Assembly (NCBI RefSeq): GCF_000025685.1
Contig: NC_013966.1
Location: forward strand, 600,001-632,000
Direction of reading: 5' to 3'
From: Haloferax volcanii DS2
GTDB taxonomy: Archaea; Halobacteriota; Halobacteria; Halobacteriales; Haloferacaceae
Length of the DNA: 32,000 bases
Made by a program: the position numbers and the translations under genes. This document shows positions 1 through 7,808 of the stretch, piece by piece. The first letter of the stretch is position 1; each line of letters begins with the position of its first letter. The notes under the pieces are model-generated. The model saw nothing but the letters and a program-made list of their open reading frames with translations. It ran no database searches and was not told where the DNA came from.

Positions 1-440
1 ACGCCGTACTCCTCGGGCGTGTCGGACTCGGCGACCGCGATGGTCGCCACCGAGTCGGTCGTCGAGAAGCGTTCGAGCGCCTTCAAGACGATGTCGGCGT
101 CGACGACGTTGTCGCCGTTGCAGACGACGAACGGGCCGGTGACGAGCTCCTCGGCGAGGAGGAGCGCATGCCCGCTTCCGAGCCGGGTGTCCTGGTGGAC
201 GAACTCGATGTCCGCGTCGGGGTACGTCGCAGAGAGGTGCGACTGGATGCGGTCGGCGCGGTGGCCGACGACGACGACGACGCGCTCGATGCCCGACTCG
301 AACAGCGCGTCGAGGACGTACTCGACGACCGGCCGGTTTGCGACCGGGAGCATCGGCTTCGGCTGGAAGGTGGTGAGCGGACGGAGCCGCCGCCCCTCGC
401 CGGCCGCGAGGACGACCGCCTCGGTGAGACGGCCGTTCAT
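1..440 (-). CDS. sugar-phosphate nucleotidyltransferase (NTP_transferase family, GlmU/RmlA-like); 3' end runs off the window
   Basis: I translated the minus strand from the ATG at c438-440: MNGRLTEAVVLAAGEGRRLRPLTTFQPKPMLPVANRPVVEYVLDALFESGIERVVVVVGH... It has the GxGxRLxPLT pyrophosphorylase loop. It is absent from the ORF track because no stop lies inside the window. Confidence 0.85.
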   Translation of the reverse strand, partial: MNGRLTEAVVLAAGEGRRLRPLTTFQPKPMLPVANRPVVEYVLDALFESGIERVVVVVGHRADRIQSHLSATYPDADIEFVHQDTRLGSGHALLLAEELVTGPFVVCNGDNVVDADIVLKALERFSTTDSVATIAVAESDTPEEYG

Positions 441-913
441 GCGTGACCTCCCGCGAGCGACGGGCGTTCAGAACGTGACCGTGACGGTGTGCGAGTCATG
501 AAAGCAACAGGGACCGCGACGGGGATTGTTATACAGCGAGTTCCCCGAACCGGTCTCGCGTTAGGGTCGCGTGTGAGACTGTTGCAAGCGGAGGCCACAG
601 TCCGAAATCGGCAGGGCAGACGGTTCGGACGCGCCTAATCGGAGGGTGTCCCACCGACAGTGTCGCGTCGCGACGAAGCCGCCGCGTCGGTCGCATGGAC
701 TGCGAATCGCACCCGCGGAGTGAGAGCTGACAGCGGTGGGGGAGCCGGGGAGAGCTGATTCGGCGGGAGGAGGAAAAAGGAGGGCAGACAGCGGGGAGGG
801 AAACGGAAAGAGGCGGGCCGAGCGCCGCGGCTGTTCGAAAGCGGAGCGAAGTAAAATCCGGGTGCAGTCGTTCGAAATCGGTATCGTCGCGGACGCGATG
901 AGGACTGACCCAC

Positions 914-1564
914 TCAGAGGTCGAGGCGGTCCTTGTACGACTCCATCGCGGTGACGGCCATGAGCGTCGCGGTGCTCAACACGGCCCAGCCGGCGGCCGG
1001 GACCTGTTCGAGTCCGGGGACGCCGAGCAGTCCGCCGGAGACGGTCGCGGCCACGCCGGCGGCGATAGCGAGGTTCCGCTTGGGCGACGCGGCGAGCGAC
1101 GCCGACTGCTCGTCGTCGGCGTCGGTGCTGACGATGTCGCCGTCGAGGTACTGGTCGAGCTGTTTCGCGGTGTCGAGAAGCGTGATGTCACCGCGGTTCT
1201 TCTCGAAGTCGACGATGCCCGCCGAGTCCATCTTCGGCAGGTGACACTGGTACAGACCGATGTACACGCGCTTGCGTTGGCTCGACGACAGCGCCTTTAT
1301 CTCGATGCCGTTTTCCTTCGCGGCGATGAACTCGGCCATGTCGCCGAGCTTCGCTTCGCCGTCGTTTTCCTTGAGGTACCGGAGCGCGTCGCGCCGGCGC
1401 TGGTTCTTCAGAATCTCGAAGACGATATCCTTCGAGAGCGCTTCGATTTCGGGTTGTTGCTGCTGTGCTGCGGCCGCGTGAGACCCACCAGTCGTCTCCG
1501 CGAGTCGTTCGTTCGCCGTCTGGTCAACAACGTCGGTGTCGGCTTGCAGTGAATCGGTAACCAT
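914..1564 (-). CDS. membrane-anchored winged-HTH protein (haloarchaeal ArsR-like HTH family), paralog 1
   Basis: Part of ORF 914..1654. I prefer the internal start MVTDSLQ at c1564, which is preceded by GGAGG. The core ILKNQRRRDALRYL...RVYIGLYQCHLPKMDSAGIVDF matches the paralog at 2036-2569. The C-terminus has two hydrophobic segments (LAIAAGVAATVSGGLLGV and AAGWAVLSTATLMAVTAM). Confidence 0.8.
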   Translation of the reverse strand: MVTDSLQADTDVVDQTANERLAETTGGSHAAAAQQQQPEIEALSKDIVFEILKNQRRRDALRYLKENDGEAKLGDMAEFIAAKENGIEIKALSSSQRKRVYIGLYQCHLPKMDSAGIVDFEKNRGDITLLDTAKQLDQYLDGDIVSTDADDEQSASLAASPKRNLAIAAGVAATVSGGLLGVPGLEQVPAAGWAVLSTATLMAVTAMESYKDRLDL

Positions 1565-1654
1565 TGTTCCTTCCTCCCCCACTGTGTAGTCGGGTGCTAC
1601 CGTGTGTCGTGGTCGGTCGAGAGGGGGTGACCACGAGACGTTAGCACAGACCAC

Positions 1655-2035
1655 AACCTTTGGATGCGCCCCACCAAGCGCGCCCCAGATACAGAGGGTC
1701 AGTGAACTAATAGGTTAAACGAGCATATATACTTGTCTGACAATCCCACACTCTGATTTCTCCGACTGTTAGGGTTCAAAATCTGCAAGTAAAGTGGTTG
1801 TAACAATCTATACCAACTCAGACTTTCAATACATCCAACAGTAATAGAATCCGACCAGAAGACGACCGCGTATCCCGTTTTTGGATGGCGAGCGTCGTTT
1901 CTAGATGAGGAAATAGATTCGTACTGTCAGTTAGTCACACGAGCACGACGGTTCGGCAGTAGCATCGACTGAGAATACGTGTGCGGTTGGCGACGGCCCT
2001 CTCGGGAGCCGCGACAAGACAGGTTTATTCGACGG
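1655..2035. other. conspicuously AT-rich, ORF-free spacer between the two wHTH paralogs
   Basis: Base composition is visibly AT-rich compared with the flanks (for example taataggttaaacgagcatatatacttgtctgacaatccc). The track shows no ORF of 60 aa or more here. The spacer must contain the paralog-1 promoter and the paralog-2 terminator. Confidence 0.7.
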
Positions 2036-2569
2036 TTATTCCACGAGCGCCTCGAAGGCGTCGGCCGAAGTTCCCCCGTTCCGTTCCGAGAGATAGTGCG
2101 CGAGCACCAACACGAGGAGCGCCGCGGAGACGAACACCGCGACGGCGCTCCACGAGACGAGCGCGAATCCGGGGAGCCCCGCCCACAGACCGAGAATGAG
2201 CGCCCAACTGAGCGCGCCGAGCAGCGCGTAGTACCGACTCCACGACTCGCTCACGCCGGACTGCATCCAGAAGAACCCCCGCTTGGCGACGTTCGGAACG
2301 AGTTCGACAGAGCGCTCCTCCTCGTCGTAATCGACCAGACCGGCGCTCTCGAGTTTCGGGAGATGCGTCTGGTACAGCGAGATATACACGCGCTGTCGCT
2401 CTTCGTCGGTCACGTCTTCGATCGCCGTTCCGTTCTCCCGAGCAGCGACCATCGCTGCGAGTTCCTTCAGCGAAATCGCCTCGCCCGCCCGATGGAGGAA
2501 GTGGAGAATCTGCCTCCGCCGGGAGTTGCTGAGGATGCGGAATAGCTCGTCTTTTGATAGTGTTGTCAT
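2036..2569 (-). CDS. membrane-anchored winged-HTH protein, paralog 2
   Basis: The 177-aa ORF reads MTTLSKDELFRILSNSRRRQILHFL...RVYISLYQTHLPKLESAGLVDYD. Two or three hydrophobic helices follow (YYALLGALSWALILGLWAGLPGFALVSWSAVAVFVSAALLVLVLAHYL). Confidence 0.85.
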   Translation of the reverse strand: MTTLSKDELFRILSNSRRRQILHFLHRAGEAISLKELAAMVAARENGTAIEDVTDEERQRVYISLYQTHLPKLESAGLVDYDEEERSVELVPNVAKRGFFWMQSGVSESWSRYYALLGALSWALILGLWAGLPGFALVSWSAVAVFVSAALLVLVLAHYLSERNGGTSADAFEALVE

Positions 2570-2916
2570 CGTCGTGTGCGGGGGTGGTCCCGCACGCGGT
2601 GCGAAAGGGGGACCCGACCCGGTTGGGTCGTACTACACCACACCCGACCTTTGTTATCGTGACGTTTCCGGGAGGCACCGAGTCGGTCCCTCCCGCGTAT
2701 TAAGCTCATCTTCACGCGATTGTTATCGGGGCGCAGACCGTCAGCGAGAGGGAGTAATTGCGGTCTCAGAGACGAGTACACACCTCGCGGATTCAGAGAA
2801 AAAACCTCGCGCCGAAACGGGAGCAAACTCGCGACAACGGCGGTAAGGAACCCAATTGTCCAGTATAGAGGTGGCTAACAATACCCGATGGCGGCGATAC
2901 TTAGATTCGAGACTAC

Positions 2917-3195
2917 ATGTTCGAACTGACTGGCTTCCAGCGCGACCTGCTGTACGTGATCGCCGGCGCAGAGCGCCCGTCCGGGCAGGAGATTAAAGAG
3001 ATGATCAGCAAGGACGTCGGGGAGGTGAATCACGGTCGGCTCTACCCGAACCTCGACGCCCTCGTCGAACAGGGGTACGTCAACAAGGGACAACACGACC
3101 GTCGGACGAACTTCTACGAGATGTCCGAGAAAGGACGCGAGTCCATCGTCCAACGCCGAGACTGGGAAAACCGACGCGTCGGGTTCCTCGGATAG
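2917..3195 (+). CDS. PadR family transcriptional regulator
   Basis: The 92-aa ORF contains GQEIKEMISKDVGEVNHGRLYPNLDALVEQGYV, the typical PadR wHTH signature (G-x-EI ... G-x-LYP-x-L-x-x-L-x-x-G). Confidence 0.85.
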   Translation: MFELTGFQRDLLYVIAGAERPSGQEIKEMISKDVGEVNHGRLYPNLDALVEQGYVNKGQHDRRTNFYEMSEKGRESIVQRRDWENRRVGFLG

Positions 3196-3786
3196 CGCAC
3201 GCTCGTAGACAGAAGAACCGTCCGTTCGAGCGCCCGTGGGCGCGAGTGGGACGCTCGCCCCGGAAGAAACCGAAGACGAGAACGGCTCGTCGCTGGTGGC
3301 CGTATCGGTCCTCGCGGTCTCGTTTGGCCCCCACCTCCTTTCGCCGCCGGTTCGACTCGAGCGACCGCACCGAGCGCTGACTCCGTCCGACCGCACCGAA
3401 CCCACACCGAGCGCGACCGCATCCGACGATGCTCGACGCCGAGCCGCCCCGGCCGACCCGACCGGAGTCTGAGCGGAGAACGAGACGTGGCGCGGCGTGA
3501 TATCCGCGGGCAGCGGACTGCGGTGCACCGCACCGAGTGTTCGTGTCAGAAGTTAGTACACTCAGGGAGCGCCAAAAATATCAGAACTCGGATAGTCGAA
3601 TCGGCGTCCCGAATCCGGGATTAATGCAGCCATAAGAAACGGATTAATTCGAGAATAAAAGAGCGCAGTCAAGCGTTTTCGTCCCTCGAACGAATCGACA
3701 GGACTTGTCGTCAAATCGAACAGTAACACCGCCAATAATATCATCGATAGACATTCATGTATTCCTACTAATATAATTATCGCAAC

Positions 3787-3794
3787 ATTTATGG
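3787..3794 (+). promoter_or_regulatory. TATA-like box for the (near) leaderless gene starting at 3818
   Basis: The sequence atttatgg lies about 25-30 nt upstream of the ATG at 3818, inside an AT-rich islet. Confidence 0.4.
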
Positions 3795-3817
3795 ATGTAA
3801 TCCGCAACCCCTGAGAC

Positions 3818-4237
3818 ATGGTAAGAGAACGGTCCACCGGGCAGGACCCAGAGACGACGACTGACGACGACGTCGGTAGACGCAAATACCTCGCGCTGTG
3901 CGGGTCGGTATCGGCCGCCGGCGCGCTCGCGGGCTTCTCTGGGCTCGGCTCGGCGACGGAACAGACAGGCGAGTCGGCCGACGGCGACGGGCACACGCTC
4001 GTCGTCGCCGGCACCGGCTCCGTCTCGTCGTTCGAAGTGACGGTCAGCGGGTCCATCTCACCGCTCCAGTCGAACGGCGCGCTCAGCACGACCGGAACGG
4101 TCGGGCCCGCCGCCGAGGGAACCGTCAGCGACGACTCGCGGCGCTACCAGTTCGCGGGCGACATCACCGACTTCCGGTCGACCGACGCGGTGTCGGTCTA
4201 CGTCGACGGCGTCCGCGTCCCCGAACACTCCTTCTGA
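3818..4237 (+). CDS. Tat-secreted small protein of unknown function
   Basis: The 139-aa ORF has a twin-arginine signal (GRRKYLALCGSVSAAGALAGFSGLGSA). The mature part is acidic and rich in Ser/Thr/Gly/Val, suggesting a beta-rich fold. A TATA-like box lies upstream. Confidence 0.7.
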   Translation: MVRERSTGQDPETTTDDDVGRRKYLALCGSVSAAGALAGFSGLGSATEQTGESADGDGHTLVVAGTGSVSSFEVTVSGSISPLQSNGALSTTGTVGPAAEGTVSDDSRRYQFAGDITDFRSTDAVSVYVDGVRVPEHSF

Positions 4238-4290
4238 GCGCCGCCGAGCTGCTCGTTGTTTTCACCCGACGACAGCGGCGGCGCGAGGCG

Positions 4291-4902
4291 CTACGACCGC
4301 ATGTAGCCGCGGAGCCACTCGGGCGTCACGTCGTCGAAGACCACGGTCTTCCCGCCGTGTTCGGCGACGAACCCGTCGGCGTCGGACTCCGACGAAAAGG
4401 GAATCAGGTCTTTACCCATTCCTCCGAGCACCTCGCTTTCGACGACGTAGGTCATCTCGGTGGCGTCACCGAACGTATCCGCGCCGGTGGGCGTCGAGAT
4501 GAACGTGTCGCCGCCCTCGGTCGAGAGTTCGTAGTCGACCGTCGAGTAGTCCGTGACGTACACCGCCGTCGCCTCCCAACCCCGCTCCCGGTGTTCGAAG
4601 TAGTACGGGAACAGCCCCATGCTGAGGGTGTGGAACCACGCCGGGTTGTCGTGGCCCTCGGGCGCATTGTCGCGGTAGAAAATCTGTCCGTTCGGGCCGG
4701 CGTGGAGGCCGATGACCATCCCGCCTTGGTCGTCTTCCTTCCCGCCCGAGAGGTCGACCGGTTCGGGCGTCGGCCCCGCGTTCGAACCGCCGCCGAGACA
4801 GCCCGCGAGGGCCGCGAGCGCGCCGAGAGAGACGGCTTTCGTCGCGGCGCGGCGCGTGAGCGAACCCGTCGAACCGTCGCGCGGCGGAGAGTCGTGATGC
4901 AT
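4291..4902 (-). CDS. nosL: NosL-family (copper-chaperone-like) Tat lipoprotein
   Basis: The 203-aa ORF has a signal with lipobox (TRRAATKAVSLGALAALAGC). The body aligns by eye to NosL (GGMVIGLHAGPNGQIFY..., YVTDY..., YVVESEVLGGMGKDLIPFSSESDADGFVAEHGGKTVVFDDV). Confidence 0.6.
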   Translation of the reverse strand: MHHDSPPRDGSTGSLTRRAATKAVSLGALAALAGCLGGGSNAGPTPEPVDLSGGKEDDQGGMVIGLHAGPNGQIFYRDNAPEGHDNPAWFHTLSMGLFPYYFEHRERGWEATAVYVTDYSTVDYELSTEGGDTFISTPTGADTFGDATEMTYVVESEVLGGMGKDLIPFSSESDADGFVAEHGGKTVVFDDVTPEWLRGYMRS

Positions 4903-5018
4903 CGTCGCTTGCGCGGAGGTCGGGCGTCACGGTACATAAACCGTGAGAACGGTCGCTCGCGTGCGCGAACTGAACTACCCTCGGGCGAGGAGGCGGACGG
5001 GTCACAAAATCGAGGGCT

Positions 5019-6344
5019 TCAGGCGACGATGCGCGCGCCCTCGACGAGCGAGCGAACGTCCTCGAACAGGCGGTCGGCGTCGTCCTCGTCGCGGGCCTCC
5101 GCCGTGATGCGGACCAGCGGTTCGGTCCCGCTGGCGCGGACGAGGAACCAGCCGTCGTCGGTGTCGACGCGGATGCCGTCGATGGTGTCGACCTCGTCGT
5201 AGGTCGCGTGGATGTCGCGGGCGATGCGGTCCACCGCCTGGTGTTTGTCGTCGAACGAGAGGCTCGCGCGACGGGTGGCGTACCCCGCGCCGCCGAGGTC
5301 GGCGACCTGTTCGGACAGCGGCGCGCCCCGGGCCACGAGGTCAGCGAGTGTGAGCGCCGCGTAGTGGCCGTCGGGGGCGAGCGTCTCGTCGGGCCAAATC
5401 CACGCGCCGGAGGGCTCGCCGCCGAAGACGTAGCCGGGTTCGGCGACCGCCTCGGCGACGTGGACGTCACCGACCGGGGTGTAGGTGACGCGCCCGCCGG
5501 CGGCCTCGACCACGTCCTGCACGAGGAGGCTCGTATCGACGGGGACGGCGACGGCGTCGCCCGGAGAAACGGCGTCCCGCGCGAACAGCGCGAGCAGCGC
5601 GTCGCCGGGGACGTACGTGCCGGTCTCGTCGACCGCGACGAGTCGGTCGGCGTCGCCGTCGTGGGCGAGGCCAACATCCGCGCCGAGCGCGGGGACGGTT
5701 CGGCGGAGCGCCGTGAGCGTCTCGGCGTTCGGCTCGCTCTTTCGGGCGGGGAACCGACCGTCCTGCTGGGCGTCGATGGTGTTGACCGTCGCGCCGAGTT
5801 CGTAGAGCGCGTCGACCGAGACGCGGCCCGTGCCGTTGCCGAGGTCGAACGCGACGGACACGTCGTCGAGGTCGTCGAACGACGAGACGAGGTGGCTCAC
5901 GTGGCGGGTCGCGGCCTCGGGCCACGCGCGCTCTTCGCCGTGTTCGTCCCACGCGGCGAGCGACACCTCGTCGCGGTTGAGCCGGTGGACGATATCGCGC
6001 GTCTGGGCCTTGTCGAAGGCGCGGCCGCTGGGCGTCCAGAGCTTCAGGCCGTTGTCGGCGGCGGGGTTGTGGGACGCGGTGATTCCGATGCCGGCGTCCG
6101 CGCCGGCCCAGCCGACCGCGCGGGCGACCGTCGGAGTCGAGGCGACGCCGAGTCGGACCACGTTCGCGCCGCACTCGCGGACCCCGGCGCTCACGGCGTC
6201 AGCGAGGACATCGCCGCTGAGCCGAGCGTCCTGGCCGACGACGACGGTGCAGGCGTCGCAGCCGACCGCGCGGCCGATTCGAAGGGCGAGTTCGGCGGTC
6301 ACGGTTCGGCCAACCGGACCTCTGATTCCACTCGTTCCGAACAT
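5019..6344 (-). CDS. glmM: phosphohexomutase (phosphoglucosamine mutase / phosphomannomutase)
   Basis: The 441-aa ORF starts MFGTSGIRG. It carries the active-site loop GITASHNPAADNGLKLW and the Mg-binding loop AHDGDADR. Confidence 0.9.
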   Translation of the reverse strand: MFGTSGIRGPVGRTVTAELALRIGRAVGCDACTVVVGQDARLSGDVLADAVSAGVRECGANVVRLGVASTPTVARAVGWAGADAGIGITASHNPAADNGLKLWTPSGRAFDKAQTRDIVHRLNRDEVSLAAWDEHGEERAWPEAATRHVSHLVSSFDDLDDVSVAFDLGNGTGRVSVDALYELGATVNTIDAQQDGRFPARKSEPNAETLTALRRTVPALGADVGLAHDGDADRLVAVDETGTYVPGDALLALFARDAVSPGDAVAVPVDTSLLVQDVVEAAGGRVTYTPVGDVHVAEAVAEPGYVFGGEPSGAWIWPDETLAPDGHYAALTLADLVARGAPLSEQVADLGGAGYATRRASLSFDDKHQAVDRIARDIHATYDEVDTIDGIRVDTDDGWFLVRASGTEPLVRITAEARDEDDADRLFEDVRSLVEGARIVA

Positions 6345-6527
6345 ACCGTGGGAGACGGTGACAGGACGTTTTGGTATGTTTCGCCTACTGTCACGACCGG
6401 TCGGTCAGGCGGCACCTACCGCGAACGCTGACGAGTCTCGCGGGGTCGGCGCACCGAATCGGGGCCGCGTCGCCGCTCGTCGGGGCGAGTGAGCGGTGAG
6501 TGGTCGGCGGTTAGGCGGCGAGTCGCC

Positions 6528-6842
6528 TCACTGGAGGGGCTGGGAGTCGCCGATGGGGACCACTTCGATAGAACCGAGCGCGTCGAGCGTCACGCGGTAG
6601 CCCGCGTAAGAAAACGAGAGAATCGCGTCTTCGGAACAGCCGAACACCGTTTCGAGGGCGTCGGGGTCGATAGTCCGTGCGAGCGGCGGAAGCTGCGTGG
6701 GGCGGACGCCCTCGATTGCCGCAATACTCAATACAACGTTCGTGCTGAGGAGTTCGGAAGAATCGCGGTCGACCCGGTATGAGCCGGTCGACTCGTCGTA
6801 CGTCACGCGCGAGTCCTTCCAGTCGTTCGTCTGTGCCATCAT
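6528..6842 (-). CDS. HalOD1 (halobacterial output domain 1) protein
   Basis: The 104-aa ORF contains LSTNVVLSIAAIEGVRPTQLPPLARTIDPDALETVF...SFSYAGYRVTLDALGSIEVV, the characteristic HalOD1 pattern. Confidence 0.8.
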   Translation of the reverse strand: MMAQTNDWKDSRVTYDESTGSYRVDRDSSELLSTNVVLSIAAIEGVRPTQLPPLARTIDPDALETVFGCSEDAILSFSYAGYRVTLDALGSIEVVPIGDSQPLQ

Positions 6843-7018
6843 GGGTGCCTTAACAGGCGTCTGTGTGCGACGGTGACCCTTAAATCCATGCTATTTGTGA
6901 ACAGTTGTAATTCGTGACTGTCACGGAATCGAACGGATACAGGAGTGGTACTCGACGCGGGGAATCTGGTGCCGAGCATACACAATCAAAAACCATGATA
7001 GTTTTGCGGTGACGACGG

Positions 7019-7666
7019 TCAGCCCTGTCGGGCACGAAGGGTTTGGACGGTGTCTTGCGCCTCTTCGACCGTGATTTCGCGCTTGTAGAGCGCCGAGCCG
7101 GGCTCCAGCAGTTCGCCGCCGGAGACGAGACCGCCGACGTCGACGGGGCCGAATCCGATGTCACGGATGAGGCCGGCGACGCGCGCTTTGGCGTCCGAGT
7201 CGTCACCGGCGAGGAAGACCGCGAGGCGCTCGGATTCGGGGAGGTCCGGGTGGCCGAGGTCCCGGAGCGTCTCCCAGTGGATGGTGTTGAACGACTTGAC
7301 CAGCCTCGCGTCCGGGAGTTGAGACGCGACGAGCTCCGAGGAGGTGTCGTCGCCGAGGTCGATGACGTGGAAGTTCTCCGTGTAGGGGTTCATCGCGTCG
7401 ACCACGATTTTCTCCGCGAACCGGGCCGCGTCGGGCAGCGAGTCGCGCTCGCGGAACGGAATCGCGAGAAAGACCACGTCACCGAACCGAACGGCTTGCT
7501 TCGGTTCCACCGGGCGCAGTTGCGGGCCGAGCGTCTCCGAGAGGTCTTCGAGCGACTCGACTCCGCTGTCGTTGGCTATCGCCACCTCGTGGTTCGACTC
7601 CACCAAAAGCTGGGCCAACGTCCCACCGAGTCGACCAGCACCGAGGATTCCTATATCCATGAACAA
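7019..7666 (-). CDS. NADP-dependent oxidoreductase, F420-oxidoreductase/COG2085-like dinucleotide-binding enzyme
   Basis: The 215-aa ORF has a Rossmann motif (IGILGAGRLGGTLA). It also carries VVFLAIPF, KIVVDAMNPY, LVKSFNTI and FLAGDDSDAKARVAGLIRDIGFGPVDVGGL. Confidence 0.8.
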   Translation of the reverse strand: MFMDIGILGAGRLGGTLAQLLVESNHEVAIANDSGVESLEDLSETLGPQLRPVEPKQAVRFGDVVFLAIPFRERDSLPDAARFAEKIVVDAMNPYTENFHVIDLGDDTSSELVASQLPDARLVKSFNTIHWETLRDLGHPDLPESERLAVFLAGDDSDAKARVAGLIRDIGFGPVDVGGLVSGGELLEPGSALYKREITVEEAQDTVQTLRARQG

Positions 7667-7808
7667 AGATGTATGTTAACGAAGTTCAATCTTTGTGTGG
7701 TCGGGGGCGGAGCGACCGGTCACCAGCCGAACTGGTTATACTGCCGTTAAAATGCCGTATCGGCGGCTCAGACCGTCTCTATCGCGGGGCGCTCCCGGTG
7801 GCTGAGCG

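Noticed and set aside
441-913. Possible RNase P RNA or SRP (7S) RNA in the GC-rich gap.
   Set aside because: I looked for the universal motifs (GAGGAAAGUCC and ACAGAA..CGGCUUA for RNase P; the GGAAGGGAGCA-like helix-8 motif for SRP). I found only loose resemblances (gaggaaaaagg, agtaaaatccgggtgc). I cannot support an RNA-gene call by eye, so it stays as an open finding.
3196-3560. ORFs downstream of PadR (3236-3472 plus, 78 aa with a short hydrophobic stretch; 3114-3533 and 2875-3528 minus).
   Set aside because: A PadR-associated membrane protein would be plausible. However, the 78-aa frame has only moderate GC3 bias, a GTG start and a Pro/Arg-rich tail. The minus-strand ORFs are Arg-rich and overlap PadR antisense. 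The evidence is insufficient for a CDS call, and the region may be a decayed gene.
3820-4089. The N-terminal two-thirds of track ORF 3562-4089(-).
   Set aside because: This part is antisense to the well-supported Tat-signal gene at 3818-4237 and has a Ser/Pro/Ala junk composition. Only the AT-rich distal 85 codons are kept, as a low-confidence finding.
3898-5202. A 434-aa plus-strand ORF, and similar very long ORFs at 4466-5677(-), 5208-6431(+), 8037-9191(+), 7768-8754(-), 10142-10975(+), 10854-11903(+), 11606-12496(+), 12711-13652(+), 14667-15842(+), 16392-17588(+), 17627-19015(+), 18067-19350(-), 18666-19964(+), 19028-19888(-), 20098-21111(-), 21426-23174(+), 24329-25837(+), 25779-27071(+), 25882-27411(-), 27161-28072(-) and 27868-28890(+).
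   Set aside because: All are extremely Arg/Pro/Gly/Asp-rich and have no recognisable motifs. They lie antisense to or out of frame with genes that have clear family signatures. Stop-free alternative frames of this kind are the expected artefact of very high GC content.
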